From Lama guanicoe (lineage: Eukaryota): a DNA stretch of 64,000 bases. This document shows positions 50,201 through 61,712 of the stretch, one piece after another. The position numbers and the translations under genes were made by a program. Below the pieces are notes generated by a model. That model was not told the DNA's origin, made no database searches, and saw only the letters and a list, made by a program, of their open reading frames with translations. Position 1 is the stretch's first letter. Each line of letters begins with the position of its first letter. Location: assembly GCA_013239625.1 (NCBI GenBank), contig MU053594.1:1864127-1928126 (forward strand), read 5' to 3'.

Positions 50201-51061
50201 TAATGTATATCAGTTCTGTGAGTAACCTGTCAGGTGTGTGGCTTTATTCAAGGAATGTGGTGGAAGAAAATTCCATCGTGCATAGTCATGAAAGACGGCA
50301 AATGGACTGAGAACAGAGGCCAACAACAGCGGGTAGAGGGAAGCCTTGATTCAGAGGACAGGGTTTCTCTGCTGCAGGGTTCCCTTATAATTAACCAATT
50401 AGGGCCACCGCTTCACTTCCCGTGACAGTTTTCTCTGCCCCGGAGAATGAGGTCACAGCCCTAACCACACAAACCTGTAAAGCATCTGGGTGATAAAGAA
50501 CAGCTTCAGAGGTGCTTGGCTCAGACCCAGGAGATGACTGGCTCCATGTGTGGTATTCTTAGCCCCAGGAGGAAGAGTTTCTCAGAGGCACTGAAGTGTA
50601 TCCTGACATTAGTTTTTAAGTCCCTATTTATATCCTTATTATGTGATTCTAACAAAGCAGATTGAACATGACTGGATCTGTTAAGCAACCCCAGAGGCTG
50701 GAATAGGTCAAACCGGGGTCCATCAACGCTGAAATGACCAACTGTACCATTTTTCAGTATACTAGGCGTGATATTGGATGTGCAAAGAATTCTTTAGTGT
50801 AATTTATGATGTATGTGAAAGAACTGTCTCGATTGTAAGGGACTCCTGAGATTAAACATATTACTATTTGTATTGTTTAGATGACATTAATTTCTCAGAG
50901 AAACCAAAGTACTTGTAATCAGGGTTCAAATCTGCCAATAGAAGGGAATAGAATAGACATTAGCCTGTGGAGGGATGCTTACAAGACAGATGGAAAAATC
51001 AAATGTCAGAGAGGGGAAAGAGGCATTACTGCACTATTCTAAAGGTGAATTAATTATGAAG

Positions 51062-51240
51062 TTGGTTTTTTTTCATTGAAGTCTAGTCAGTTTACAATGT
51101 TGTGTCAATTTCTGGTGTACAGCATAAAGTTTCACTCACACAGATACATACATATATTCATCTTTATATTCTTTTTCAATATAGGTTACTATAAGAGATT
51201 GAATATAGTTCCCTGTGCTATACAGAATAAAGTTGTGTGT
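51062..51240 (-). mobile_element. Camelid-type L1 3' terminal fragment
   Basis: attgaagtctagtcagtttacaatgttgtgtcaatttctggtgtacagc...gaatatagttccctgtgctatacag. Confidence 0.85.
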
Positions 51241-53101
51241 CATTTTTATGAAGACTCTCCCACTCTCCTTTTCCCTTATTTTTTTTTATAAGAACTGGAT
51301 GTCAGGGGACATTTATGAAAGCAGCAAAGGGTGAAAAAGAATCAAGCCTCTTGGTTTACTTGGCTTTTAGCTAAAAGGTCTAGAGGTGAAATGAACAGAA
51401 GGCAAAGACTAGGAGTGACTCTGTGCTGGTTTCCTCCTCTTAATAAGACAGTGGAACCTGATACCTGGGGCCTGACTTAGAAAAAGGGGAGGCTATGAGA
51501 AGACCTAAGGAGAGTCTATCACAACTGATGGATGAGTCAGACGAATGATGCTTGAGATCAGGGGAGGCCCAAAGGCAGAGAGTGAGAAAACAGGGGCCAG
51601 GAATACTGGAAGCACCCAAAGAGGTGGCTTCCTGGCTCGTCTGTGTTTCAACTCTCAGACTGTGGCTCTTTGTTAACAATCCCCCTACATGTGTTCAAAG
51701 GGGAATGATGCACAGATGAGGAGCCCTGCTGTGCAGACGGGATGGGAGCTCGGTCCTTCGGTGAAGGCTGTGACCCCCATCCCTGCAGCCAAAGGAAGAC
51801 TCTGACTCCGTTGTTAGGCTGGGACAGCATTTGTGCGGTTTTCCTCTGTGTGTGTGGATCAAGGCTGGGGCGCAGGGGCCAGGACTGGGGAAGGTTCTGA
51901 GGCAGGTCAGGCTGCAGAGCTTCTTAATTAAAAACAGGAATGAAGGAAAGAGCCTGTCGTGCAGATGTAGAAAGAAAACCTCAGACACAAATTCATGAGA
52001 ATGGTTACCTCTAGGCAGAAGGCCAGGACTGCATGGGTGGTCAAGGCAATCAGCCTGTAATGTTCCTATTTAAGAAGAGAATGCAGTCATATGTTAACTG
52101 TTTAACTAAAAACGGGTTTAAAAAAAAAACCTTAAACTTTAGAGAGATGCAAAGGGAAGAGAGCTCCTGAGAGGTGGCAAGAAAAGGAGAGAGAGAGAAA
52201 GGAAGAAAGACACAAACTAAAATCTAGCTCTTCTTGTAGGGGTCCCCCTGGATGCTGGGTAAGGCACCCCAAGAGGTGGGCTTCAGGAGCAGTGGGAGAC
52301 ATATGGAGCAAATCGCAAGGGGGAAAGGTCCTAAACCAGAATTTCCTGAGTCACAAGAGAAGAAAATGGAATGAACAACAAAATTCTGAGAGAAAAAAAG
52401 TGAAGAGAAAAAGACCCCCAGCCAGCCCTAAGCCATACTGTCAGATGGAGGCCCCAGTGTCCGACTCACACTGAAAGAAGCAGACACTGGCTCCCCTGAA
52501 TTAGGCTCAGAAACCCCTCTCTCCTCTAAGGTCCTCTCTACCAATGATGCCCGTGGTTGTGGAGAAACGTACTACCCTGGATTTAGAAAGAGATGCGAAC
52601 AGGAGGAGGGCACTTCCAGTGGGCACCTACTGTTGCTGCACCCGCACCCCACCCCCAGCAAACTTTCTACCAATGCAATGCCACCCCACCCTTCCCTGGG
52701 CTCACCCACTTGGCTCCGGAAATAGAATGAGCACCTCTGCCATGTATTCAGGGCTTCCCTGGGGATTTCCTTTGGGGCAAACCTTGGGGAGGGTAGGGAC
52801 CACCTCTTTTGGAAGGAGATGACCTCTGAATGTATGGTCCTGTCTTCTGGGCTCAGGCAAGCTACCAGGGAAGGTCATCGCCCAGCTTAGCTGGAAGCAG
52901 TCGGCCCTTCTGATCCCTGCGGGTTCACCAGGGTCGTCTGTACCGTGCCCACCACCTTAGCCTCCTTAAGGCTCTGCGGGGGGACTGTTCTGGGGTCCCC
53001 ATGGTCCGCGTGAGGATGGGGGCGGAGGAGGACCCCTTCTAGAGATTAGGCAGGAGGCGCTAGGGGAGGAGAGCTGGGGAGTGGGAGGGGCAGACAGTTA
53101 C

Positions 53102-53161
53102 CTCATTGAAGCCCTCCTGCAGGACGTCCAGTAAGTTCCCCCGGGTCAGGCAGGCTAGCAT
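53102..53161 (-). CDS. DIXDC1: DIXDC1 coding exon 1 of the long, CH-domain isoform (MLACLTRGNLLDVLQEGFNE)
   Basis: ATG at 53161, 20 codons matching the recalled human/mouse N-terminus, donor GAG|GTAACT, phase 0. Confidence 0.97.
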
Positions 53162-53756
53162 TGTTCCTGCCGGGCCTCCCGGACGAGGTCTCCGGGCCCG
53201 GCGGCGTCCGCCGCCGCCTCCTCCCTGTGCGCACAAAGACTCCCGGCTCAGCTCATCGGGAGGGCTCCGGCGTCCCGCACGCCACTTACTGGAAACCCAG
53301 ACCCGGGCCAAACTAGCTGCTTGCACTGGGCATGCTCGCGCCGCGGCTTCTGCAGGAGGGGCCCGGGCGCCGCCGCGGTTCCTATAGAAACTGCTGGGCG
53401 CGCACCGGGCTGGGGGGCGCTGGCGGGGGGCCCCTAGTCCCGCGTGCGTCAGGGAGAGCCCCGCGGCGCGCACAGACACGCACACGCACACGCGCACACA
53501 CCGGGCCGGGGGGCGGGCATGTGTGCGTACGCTGCAGACACACACACACACACACCCGCAGGCTTGCAGGAGGGCGTGCCGGTGTGTGCGCGGCCCCGAT
53601 CATGCACACGAACGCGCGCGCACACACACACACACACATTGATACACACCACACACACTGACACACAGGCGGGCATGCCGGCGTGTGCATACGCGCTGGC
53701 AACCACGCATGCACACACCAGGCCTGCCCGGCATGAGCCCGCGCTGCGCGCGCGCG

Positions 53757-53787
<31 letters not shown>

Positions 53788-53800
53788 AAGCTCTGATGAC
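53160..53800 (-). promoter_or_regulatory. CpG island / main promoter and 5' UTR of long DIXDC1, with CA/CG dinucleotide tracts
   Basis: CpG-dense region directly upstream of the exon 1 ATG. Confidence 0.85.
53745..53788. repeat. (GC)10(AC)11 compound microsatellite, 44 bp of uninterrupted purine/pyrimidine alternation
   Basis: Read directly from the sequence. Confidence 0.95.
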
Positions 53801-54081
53801 CTGAGGCCTCCAGTGCCCCACCACAAGGTGGGCGGGAAGGGGAGAGAATCATGAGGTTTTATTTTTCGCCCCCAGCAACATTTTTCCCCCTGGGGCCTGG
53901 ACTGTGAGATTAGGCTAAAGAAGGGTATATGGAAAGGAGAGACACAAAAAGAGGATAGAGGGGACTTTAGTTATTGATGGTATTAGGGCACATTTAATAA
54001 AATTAAGCTAAACCAATCATACAGGATCACAACGCATCAAGGGTAAACCAAGGATGAGCAAGGCTTTACCAAAAAACTCAC

Positions 54082-54082
<1 letters not shown>

Positions 54083-54121
<39 letters not shown>
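54083..54121. repeat. (CTTT)n tetranucleotide microsatellite
   Basis: About 9-10 perfect units. Confidence 0.95.
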
Positions 54122-55539
54122 AATAACTGCTAAAATGTGCAGCCTGAATTTTAAATGACTTTTAAATTAATTAAATGGGTTTTAATGAAAATAACTGCAG
54201 AATGTCCTGGTGCATTTGGAAGAATTGGGTAAATGCTTCCTCAAGTGAAACAGAGCTATTCCCCTCTGTTTCTAGTTATTCCAATCACGGTCTTAATTAT
54301 TTATTTTTGAAAATAGGAGTCATCTGTACTCTTTTGTTTCTATAGGAAAACTGGAAGCTGAAAGAACACCCATATCGTGTTACACCTCGTGATCTCAGGT
54401 GGGGGGAGGGGTTTACGAGTGTTAGGGCTCAGAGAAGGTCAGGCCTTGCCCAAGGACACAGCTGGTCAGTGACAGAAGCTGTCTGAGTGTAGGACTCTAC
54501 ACTCATGATTTTGCAAAAGGCCCAGATTCACTCCCTCTCCCAAATTAGAATCCTAGCATGAAAAGTCAGTAATGGTTCTTATTCAGCCAAATGACCTCCT
54601 CCACAGGTCACTAGAGAAGAAGAAAATGCTTACCCAGGATGGCCAGAACTAGCCACATTGTGCTTGAATGTCTAAAGCTGCCAAACTGAAAGATGCTTCT
54701 GAGAAAAGACACACCTCCTTCTGACCACAGCAAGCAGGAAGCAGCAGTCAGCTGAGGTGTTAAGTGGCTGCCACTGGTTGAATGCTGTGGGTTAGAGCTG
54801 GGGAAAAGCCGCGACACCAAATCAAACTGAAGCTGAGCAGCCCACGAGTCAGAAGACCAACATCCTTCACCATCTACCTGGGGAATTTAGTTGCCAAGAA
54901 CTCCCCTCTCCACCACCACAGCTGATGGTGCGATACACTCAGATGAGTCACTAACCCATGTTAACACAACAAGGCCCTTTGCAAAGAGAAGTGAGAAACT
55001 TCCAAGAGCATAAAATTGTATGCAATACGTCTACATTCATAGTGCTGTAAAACCAGAGCACCCAGTTGGTGGTCCGTGGATAGGGGATTTTGATTGGTTG
55101 ACAGCCCATCATGCTTTGCACTTAACAGAAAATATTGAGACATCAGAGGGAGGTCCTGCTGACAGTTATCTACACAAAGAGGTCACTGTTTCTCAAACAA
55201 GTTATTTGTCCAAGTAGGACCTGTGAGTTCAGTGTTCCTAAGAAAAGACTCATTAAATCACTGAATTTTAATGCTCCAAAAAAAGATCTCATCTGGCCCA
55301 ACTCTCTCATCTCATAGATGAAGGAACTAAGGTTAGCAGAGGTGCTCAAAGTCACTAAAGTCAATATGGGAGCTAAGAGCTGAACCAAAGGCCTCTGAGG
55401 CCCAGTCCTGTGCTGTTTGCCCTGTGCTGGAGGAATTAGAGAGAATCATGTTAAATAGACACAAGATTCATTACAGGGCATATGGTCCAAGAATATACTA
55501 TTCTTTGGAAGTCTATAATAGTACCTACCACATAACCTA

Positions 55540-55715
55540 CAGCCATAGTGTCCAACAGAATCTTTCTGTACTGATAGAAATACTCCATATCTATGCCATC
55601 CAATCCATTGGCCACTGACCACACGTGGCTAATGAGAACTTAAAATGTGGCAAATGCAAGTATGGAACTAAAATTTAAATTGCATTTAATATTAATTCAT
55701 TTAAATTTAGATAGT
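55540..55715. mobile_element. MER3-like hAT-Charlie element
   Basis: gtgtccaacagaa...ccactgaccacacgtggcta...aaatgtggc...ttaattcatttaaattt. Confidence 0.7.
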
Positions 55716-57770
55716 ACAATTTCAAAATATTCTGTTCCATTGTCCCCACACAACTACCGAAATGTCCCAAAAATAATAATATGTTCACGTATAGTCTGCC
55801 TCTTACGCTTGGAAAAAGCACAAAATTCTTGTTGGACCAGATAATTCCATTTTTTTTTCTTTTTTGCTCAAAAAATATGTTCACCATACCTATCATGGTC
55901 TGACTTAGAAAGGGATCAAGGTAAAGAACTGAGCTTTAGTTCAAAGCAGCACTAACATTTACTGTGCCTTCCATCCTCCCTACTGTGGTACCCGCTACTG
56001 TGATGCCAGCACAGCAGCTGGGGGAGTAAGTGGGTTAGCTAAATGAAACAGGGACAGTGATCCGCTTTCCCAAACATGGGAAAGCTGCAAGCCGGTCTGG
56101 GTAGCTGGAACCAGTCCCACCGCTGCAGGTCTGTTATTCACTCCGCCTGGAGGAGAGGCAGAGAGTCCAAGCAAGCTGCTGTCTGCATATCTCTGCCATG
56201 CTGCCTGATTTCCGAAATTATAGGCTTCCTCATTTCTGCGTTACTTTAACAACAAAGGCAGATACTTCCCTCACCAACTAAAAGCTACCCAACTATCTAC
56301 GTACAACAGTAACAATAGCAAAATTGTGCTTTTACTATGTACCAAGCCCTGTACTAAGCATTTATATACCTGAGCTCATTTGATGGTCACAATTACCGTA
56401 ATCAGTAGGTTTTTAAAAAATTATCCCCACTTTACATATGTTGAAGGAGAATTTTGAAGGATAATTTGCCCCAACTCCATAGTTACTAAGTGGTGAAGCC
56501 GAAGTCCAGGTTATTAACCATTATGCAATTCTTTTATATGATGCTTATGGCAGAGAAGGAACTCAGTATATGTTTTTAGTTGAATGAATGAATGAGCCAG
56601 TGGCGGAAACATTGGCAAACTCATTCATCACTTCTATTAATACAGATGATAACATGTTAGCCTAAGTGAGACTTTGAACCTTCAACAAAACTGTCATTTG
56701 GTGAAAATATCGACTGTGACTTCTCCCTGCAGAGAAGTGTGAAATTCATACCTATGTAAAATTTGACACATCTGTTACTGGAATCATTAATGACTATCAA
56801 GAAGCAGAAAGGCAGTTGGAATAAACAAATAATTAAAATTGTCAATGGAAGTATTTTAAATGACTCTATGAAATAATTTCTTATTTTTTTTCTGGTTTTT
56901 GTTTTTTTTACGTTTGCAAGTTCCTTGGCAGGAACATATGTTTACAATTTCTATTGCATTTATCTTCAGAGTAGTCAACATAAATACATACACACAAAAG
57001 GGCTCGTGTCTACAGTCAGAGGTCCCCAAAGTATCCTGGCTCCTAAACTGCTCTCTTTGTCTCCAGGTTTTTCTGCCAGTCTGTACCCCTTCATCTTCCT
57101 TAGACAACACACTCATCTTGCTGCTCAAATGTCTTCAAATGCTCCCTTTTCCTAGCATGTCCGATATACATTCCTTGTGTCCAGCTTTCAGGGCTCCCGC
57201 CCTCACTGCCTATGCTCAGTTTGCAATTTCCTCACTGTCTCACAGACTTAAAGGCTCATTCTCACCTCCATACATTCATGACTGTCCCTCTGCCTAGAAT
57301 GTCCCATGCTTCCTCTACTCAAACCTTCACTATGCCTAGCTCAAGTTCTGACCACTCCTGATTTTGTTAAAATCAAGACAGAGCCGATCACAATCCCAGT
57401 CTGGAACACTCACCTCCCAGATAACCCATGGTGCATTCCTGCTCGTCTTTCAGGTCTCTGCTCAAATGTTTCTCTGTTTGGCCTCCTCTGCTACTCTGTT
57501 CAAAATGACAACACCGCCTCACCTCAGCACTTCCAATCCTCTTTGCCTGATTTATTTTTCTTTTTTGTCCTAACAGTCATCAGCATATTTACTTTTTAAT
57601 TTCTTTATTGTCAGTCTCTCTTCTGCCCAAAATGAAGCTCCAAGGGGGCAGGAAATTTTGCGTTTTGTTGCTGATTTATTTCCAGAACCAAGACTATTTC
57701 ATGGCACATAGTTGATACACAATAAATATTAGCTGGATGAATGAATCTTCTCTTTAAAATTCAAAAGTGA

Positions 57771-57905
57771 GGGGAAGGGTATAGCTCAGCGGTAGAGTGC
57801 GTATTTAGCATGCACCGCCACTAAAAAATAAAATAAAATAAAAAATTAATTTAAAAATACATAAGTAAACCTAATTCCCCCCCAAAAAACAAAAACAAAA
57901 ACAAA
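57771..57905 (+). mobile_element. Vic-1-like SINE lacking the B-box segment
   Basis: ggggaagggtatagctcagcggtagagtgcg...cttagcatgca-like head plus A-rich tail; TSD-like aaaattcaaa(a)gt on both sides. Confidence 0.8.
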
Positions 57906-59466
57906 AAAATTCAAAGTTTATAGCATGCTCTATATACTATGTCATTTAGCACTTAATTATAGTTAATTTAGGAATGTGGATTTTTGTCTCTTTTACTGTA
58001 TTTCCAAGACAAATATAAATAATTTCTGTTTTCTTTCTATATTTTCCTCTCCTTCATCAATGCAGTCTTTCATTAAACTGTAATTAAATATATATTGAGC
58101 ACCTAATATACATCATTATATGCCAGGTCCTATTCTTTTAGCAAAAACTTCAAGAACTCAGAGTTACATGTAAATAAATACACACACACACACTCATATA
58201 GAGGCAAGAAACAGTACCCAAAAAAAAGAATAGTAAAAGGAAGACTAGTAAAACTGAGAATCCAATATTAGTATGTGGGGACACTGTTCAGGGTGATTGT
58301 GACAGACTGAGTGTGTAGAAAAAGGAAAAAAGAGACAGAATGGTGTCAGACTAGAGTAGGATGTTGCCAAAGTAATCACCAGATGCTAGTGCTTAATATA
58401 AACTGTACCAAAGCAGATATGCAAATATATTCTACATGAGTTCTTTTAATTCACATTTCAAAAGTTATCTGCCAACTATCCTGTGGGTAAAAATTAAATT
58501 AAGACTAGCGACACCTGGTGGATATTTTGCAAATGACCCTGAGTTTCTCAAAACACTGTAAATGCCACCATGTCCCCCCACCAGCTATTCATAATGTGTT
58601 AGGGCTCTGCACAACTAATTATATACTATTGGGAAATAATTTTTCTGCAAGATGTAGCCATATTTCTACCAAGACTTTTCCATCTCCCAACTGATGTCCC
58701 TCTGCCTTCTGAAAGACGTATACAAAATCTGACAGGGCCATTCTTCTTTTAAAAGGTAACTTATTACTTAAAAGGTTCACATCCTTTGACCTAGCATTCT
58801 ACTTCTGGAACTCTATCCTAAGGAAATAAGTCTTAAATGAGGAAATCAATGAGTTATTTACAATGTAGGGGGGTGGAATCTAAAAGTCCAACGACAGAGG
58901 AATGGTCAAGAAAATCACAGCCATTATAATGTTTACCAAACATTTGTTTTCACATTAAAACAAACATTTTAACAATTCCGTATGAGCAAACATTACGTTT
59001 AAAAAAGCAGAAGTCAAAAAGTGTGTGCATAACATGCTCTCAAACATGTAAATAATATACACTGAAAAAAAAGACTAGAAGAAAATATTCTAAAATATTA
59101 ACAGGATTGCTTCTAGATGGGAGGGTTATGGTTTTTTAAATCATGGTTTGCAGTATTTCCCAAATGCTCTATAATTCACGTGCATTATTTCTATAGCAAA
59201 CATTATTAAAATATTTTAAACAACTCAAATGCTCTAATTAATTGCTAGAAATTTTCAAACTCTGCTTGATTTTATTAATTTTGGAAAAAGATACAAATCA
59301 AGTAAGCTAGAATTTCCACAAGAAGGGGAAGCTAGAAAAGAAAGCAAATACATTACAGTTTTGTTCCAGGATCTAAGTTCTGATGGAGAAATCCCCTAGC
59401 TGTAGCATTGTACTGAAATTCCATTACCGTCATCATACTCCTCTCAATAGTACACCAGAAACTTAC

Positions 59467-59523
59467 AGAGGGCTCTGCTGGCAGCAGGGAGTTACAGAGT
59501 CTCATAGCCACTTGGGTCCCCAT
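59467..59523 (-). CDS. DIXDC1: DIXDC1 distal alternative coding exon (MGTQVAMRLCNSLLPAEPS; whole exon 59467-59558), phase 0 into exon 2
   Basis: Polypyrimidine acceptor TTCTTTCTCTTCCTATTTTAAG, ATG at 59523, 19 codons, donor TCT|GTAAGT; resembles a recalled human alternative N-terminus (MGTQVVMRF...PTEPS). Confidence 0.82.
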
Positions 59524-59864
59524 CTTCAGAGTCCCTAGAAGAGCCGGATCAGGGCTACCTTAAAATAGGAAGAGAAAGAAATGTGCAAAAATACAGGCCA
59601 GGAAAAACTTCCAAAAGCTAAGCCAATTTAGTGGGGTCAGGTCCCAGCCCCAAACCTACCCATTTAAGTCATCTGGAAGTATAAAAAATTGGATCCTGGT
59701 TAACAGGAAATCCGGGCCAAGATATTATAATTACAATAGAACTATTCCAACAACATTTTTAATACTAATAACTTAAGTTTTAATAGTACTGAAGTAAAGA
59801 GAAATATTTCCCTATCATTAGTCAAGCAAGAATGCATTTTCCCTCCTCCCTATATTTATCAGTC

Positions 59865-60371
59865 TGTTGATGGAAATAATAAATAGACAATCTATAATAG
59901 GCAGAGAAAAAAAGTTTTATTTGAGCCAAATTGAGGACCATAGTCTGGAAAGAGCCTCTCAAAATACTCTGAGGAACTGCTTCCGAGAAGCATGGTTTTC
60001 AGCACAGTTTTAAGTCTTGTCAGAACAAAGAACATTGAACAAGTGAGGGATACATTCCTTCAAGGTTTAAAAAAATAGATCAGCATGTATACAGGGAGCC
60101 AGTACAGCCTTGGCACCTGGGAAGGTAGTTATCATTGAGGGAATACCAGTATTGGTGTCCCAGGAAAGGAGACGTTTAATCTTTACTTTTAACATGGACA
60201 TTATTTACTTCTAGTCAATGTACCCTTTTCAATAATGATTAAAGCAGATGTACAATGTATGTTTCATAGGCCACAAACAGGCTTTTATTGTTAGCACAAA
60301 ATTCAAGTTAAATCATGCATAAGCCAGAATGACCTCTCCATATCTCAGTACGTGAAAAATTTCTTCCATTA
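59865..60371 (-). mobile_element. Solo ERV1-class LTR (MER41-like), in the first intron of the distal DIXDC1 transcript
   Basis: TSD AGTC at 59861-59864 and 60372-60375; gttttatttg...tgaggac...ctctgagg(a/g)actgct block shared with the 12948 LTR. Confidence 0.8.
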
Positions 60372-61166
60372 AGTCAAAGACCTCAGGAAGGATTCTGAAG
60401 ACAACGAGAAGAAATAACCAGGAGCTCTGCTTTTGGCTCACTCTTCCCTTCATCCTCAGGAATTAAGTTTTAACCTAGAAAGGCAGAACTTATATCCCAA
60501 GGCAGAAATTTTTATCAAGCACTTGAAGTTTACAAAGTGCTATCACCCATATGGTCTTATTTGACCACCATAGTAAACAACTCTTGGAAATAGGGTTCAT
60601 TTTATTACTCCCCAGCTGATAGGAAACAGCCTAGTGAGTTGTTCTGCCAATTAGCAATGCAGGCATTGTTCTCGCCACCTTTTCTGCCTCTTCTGAATCC
60701 ACTTGCACCAGTTCTGTGCCAGAGAACAGGCCCAGAAAATAATGGTAGCGATGATGATGGTGATCGCGGTGGCCAACATTTGCCCACATACCATGAACTG
60801 TTCCAAGTGCTTTCATCTCACACTCTAAGAAGTACTATTATTTCAAACTTTTTTGTACTGTGATTCTATTTTCAGTACTCTATCTATCTTAAGAAATCTT
60901 CCCTCTCAGGGACAAACCCAGTGGCGGCGGTATTTGGGGAGGATGGTGCACAGATTGAGAAAGAGAAATCCCCAAGCTCTGAAAGTCTGAATCAGGAACT
61001 GCACACTAGGAACCTGCAAAGCTCGGAGAGAGTTCTGAACCTGAAATCTCCACCTCTTTGTTCCCACTATACCTTCGCCCCATTCGTGTGTCCCCAGTTC
61101 TGGTCTAGACGGTACAACCGGTGGTAAATAATACTTCCCAGGTACCCGCCACCTTTTAGCACCTAC

Positions 61167-61290
61167 CTCTTAAATCATCTGTGCGTCTGGTTCCGCATCT
61201 CGGTTCCCAGCCCTTCTGAGCATGGCCTGCTTCTGCTACAGTGTCGCCTCTGCGTTCCCGCTGCCATGGTGACGCGGGGGCCGGCCCTTG
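61167..61290 (-). other. DIXDC1: Putative non-coding first exon of the distal DIXDC1 transcript (5' end uncertain)
   Basis: Donor GAG|GTAGGT at 61167/61166, just downstream of a GC-box-rich CpG island; nearest strong donor upstream of the 59558 acceptor. Confidence 0.6.
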
Positions 61291-61660
61291 CCAGACCGGG
61301 CCCCGCCCCCTGCCGGCTCGGGCCCCGCCCCCTGCGCATCCAGACTCTCCTCCTAATGGCTAAGACCGCAACGCCTGCCGGCCTTCACCCCGCCTCTTGC
61401 CGGCCCTGACCCCGCCTCCTGATTGCCAAGACTCCGCCCCCTGCCTGTCCAGACCTGCCCCTTGCCGGCCCCGACCCCGCCTCCTGCCCGTCCGGACCCC
61501 ACCCAGGGAGCTCCGCCTGCTGCAGATGGGAGCCTGCCTCTCGCGGGGCCAAATCACACCCCGGCCTCTACTCTGGCCTTCGCCGGTAGTGGGGCGGAAA
61601 GTGGCTGGCCTTCCGCCCTGCCCTGAGGCCGCGTGAGATCCGATGCGCTTAGTAGAGCCC
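61190..61660 (-). promoter_or_regulatory. CpG island / distal DIXDC1 promoter with many Sp/KLF GC boxes and an RFX X-box-like near-palindrome
   Basis: High CpG density; repeated CCCCGCCCC/CCCCGCCTC motifs; GCTGCCATGGTGAC at 61260-61273. Confidence 0.75.
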
Positions 61661-61706
61661 GCAGACCTCTACCCCAGAAAAGGCACCAGGCACGTTCCTT
61701 ATGTGA

Positions 61707-61712
61707 TTTATT
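61707..61712 (-). terminator. Likely C11orf52 polyadenylation signal AATAAA
   Basis: TTTATT on the + strand about 650 nt after the stop codon. Confidence 0.6.

Noticed and set aside
53060..53854. Multiple 74-163 aa ORFs rich in CV/HT repeats
   Set aside because: Translations of CA/CG microsatellites; only 53102-53161 is real coding sequence.
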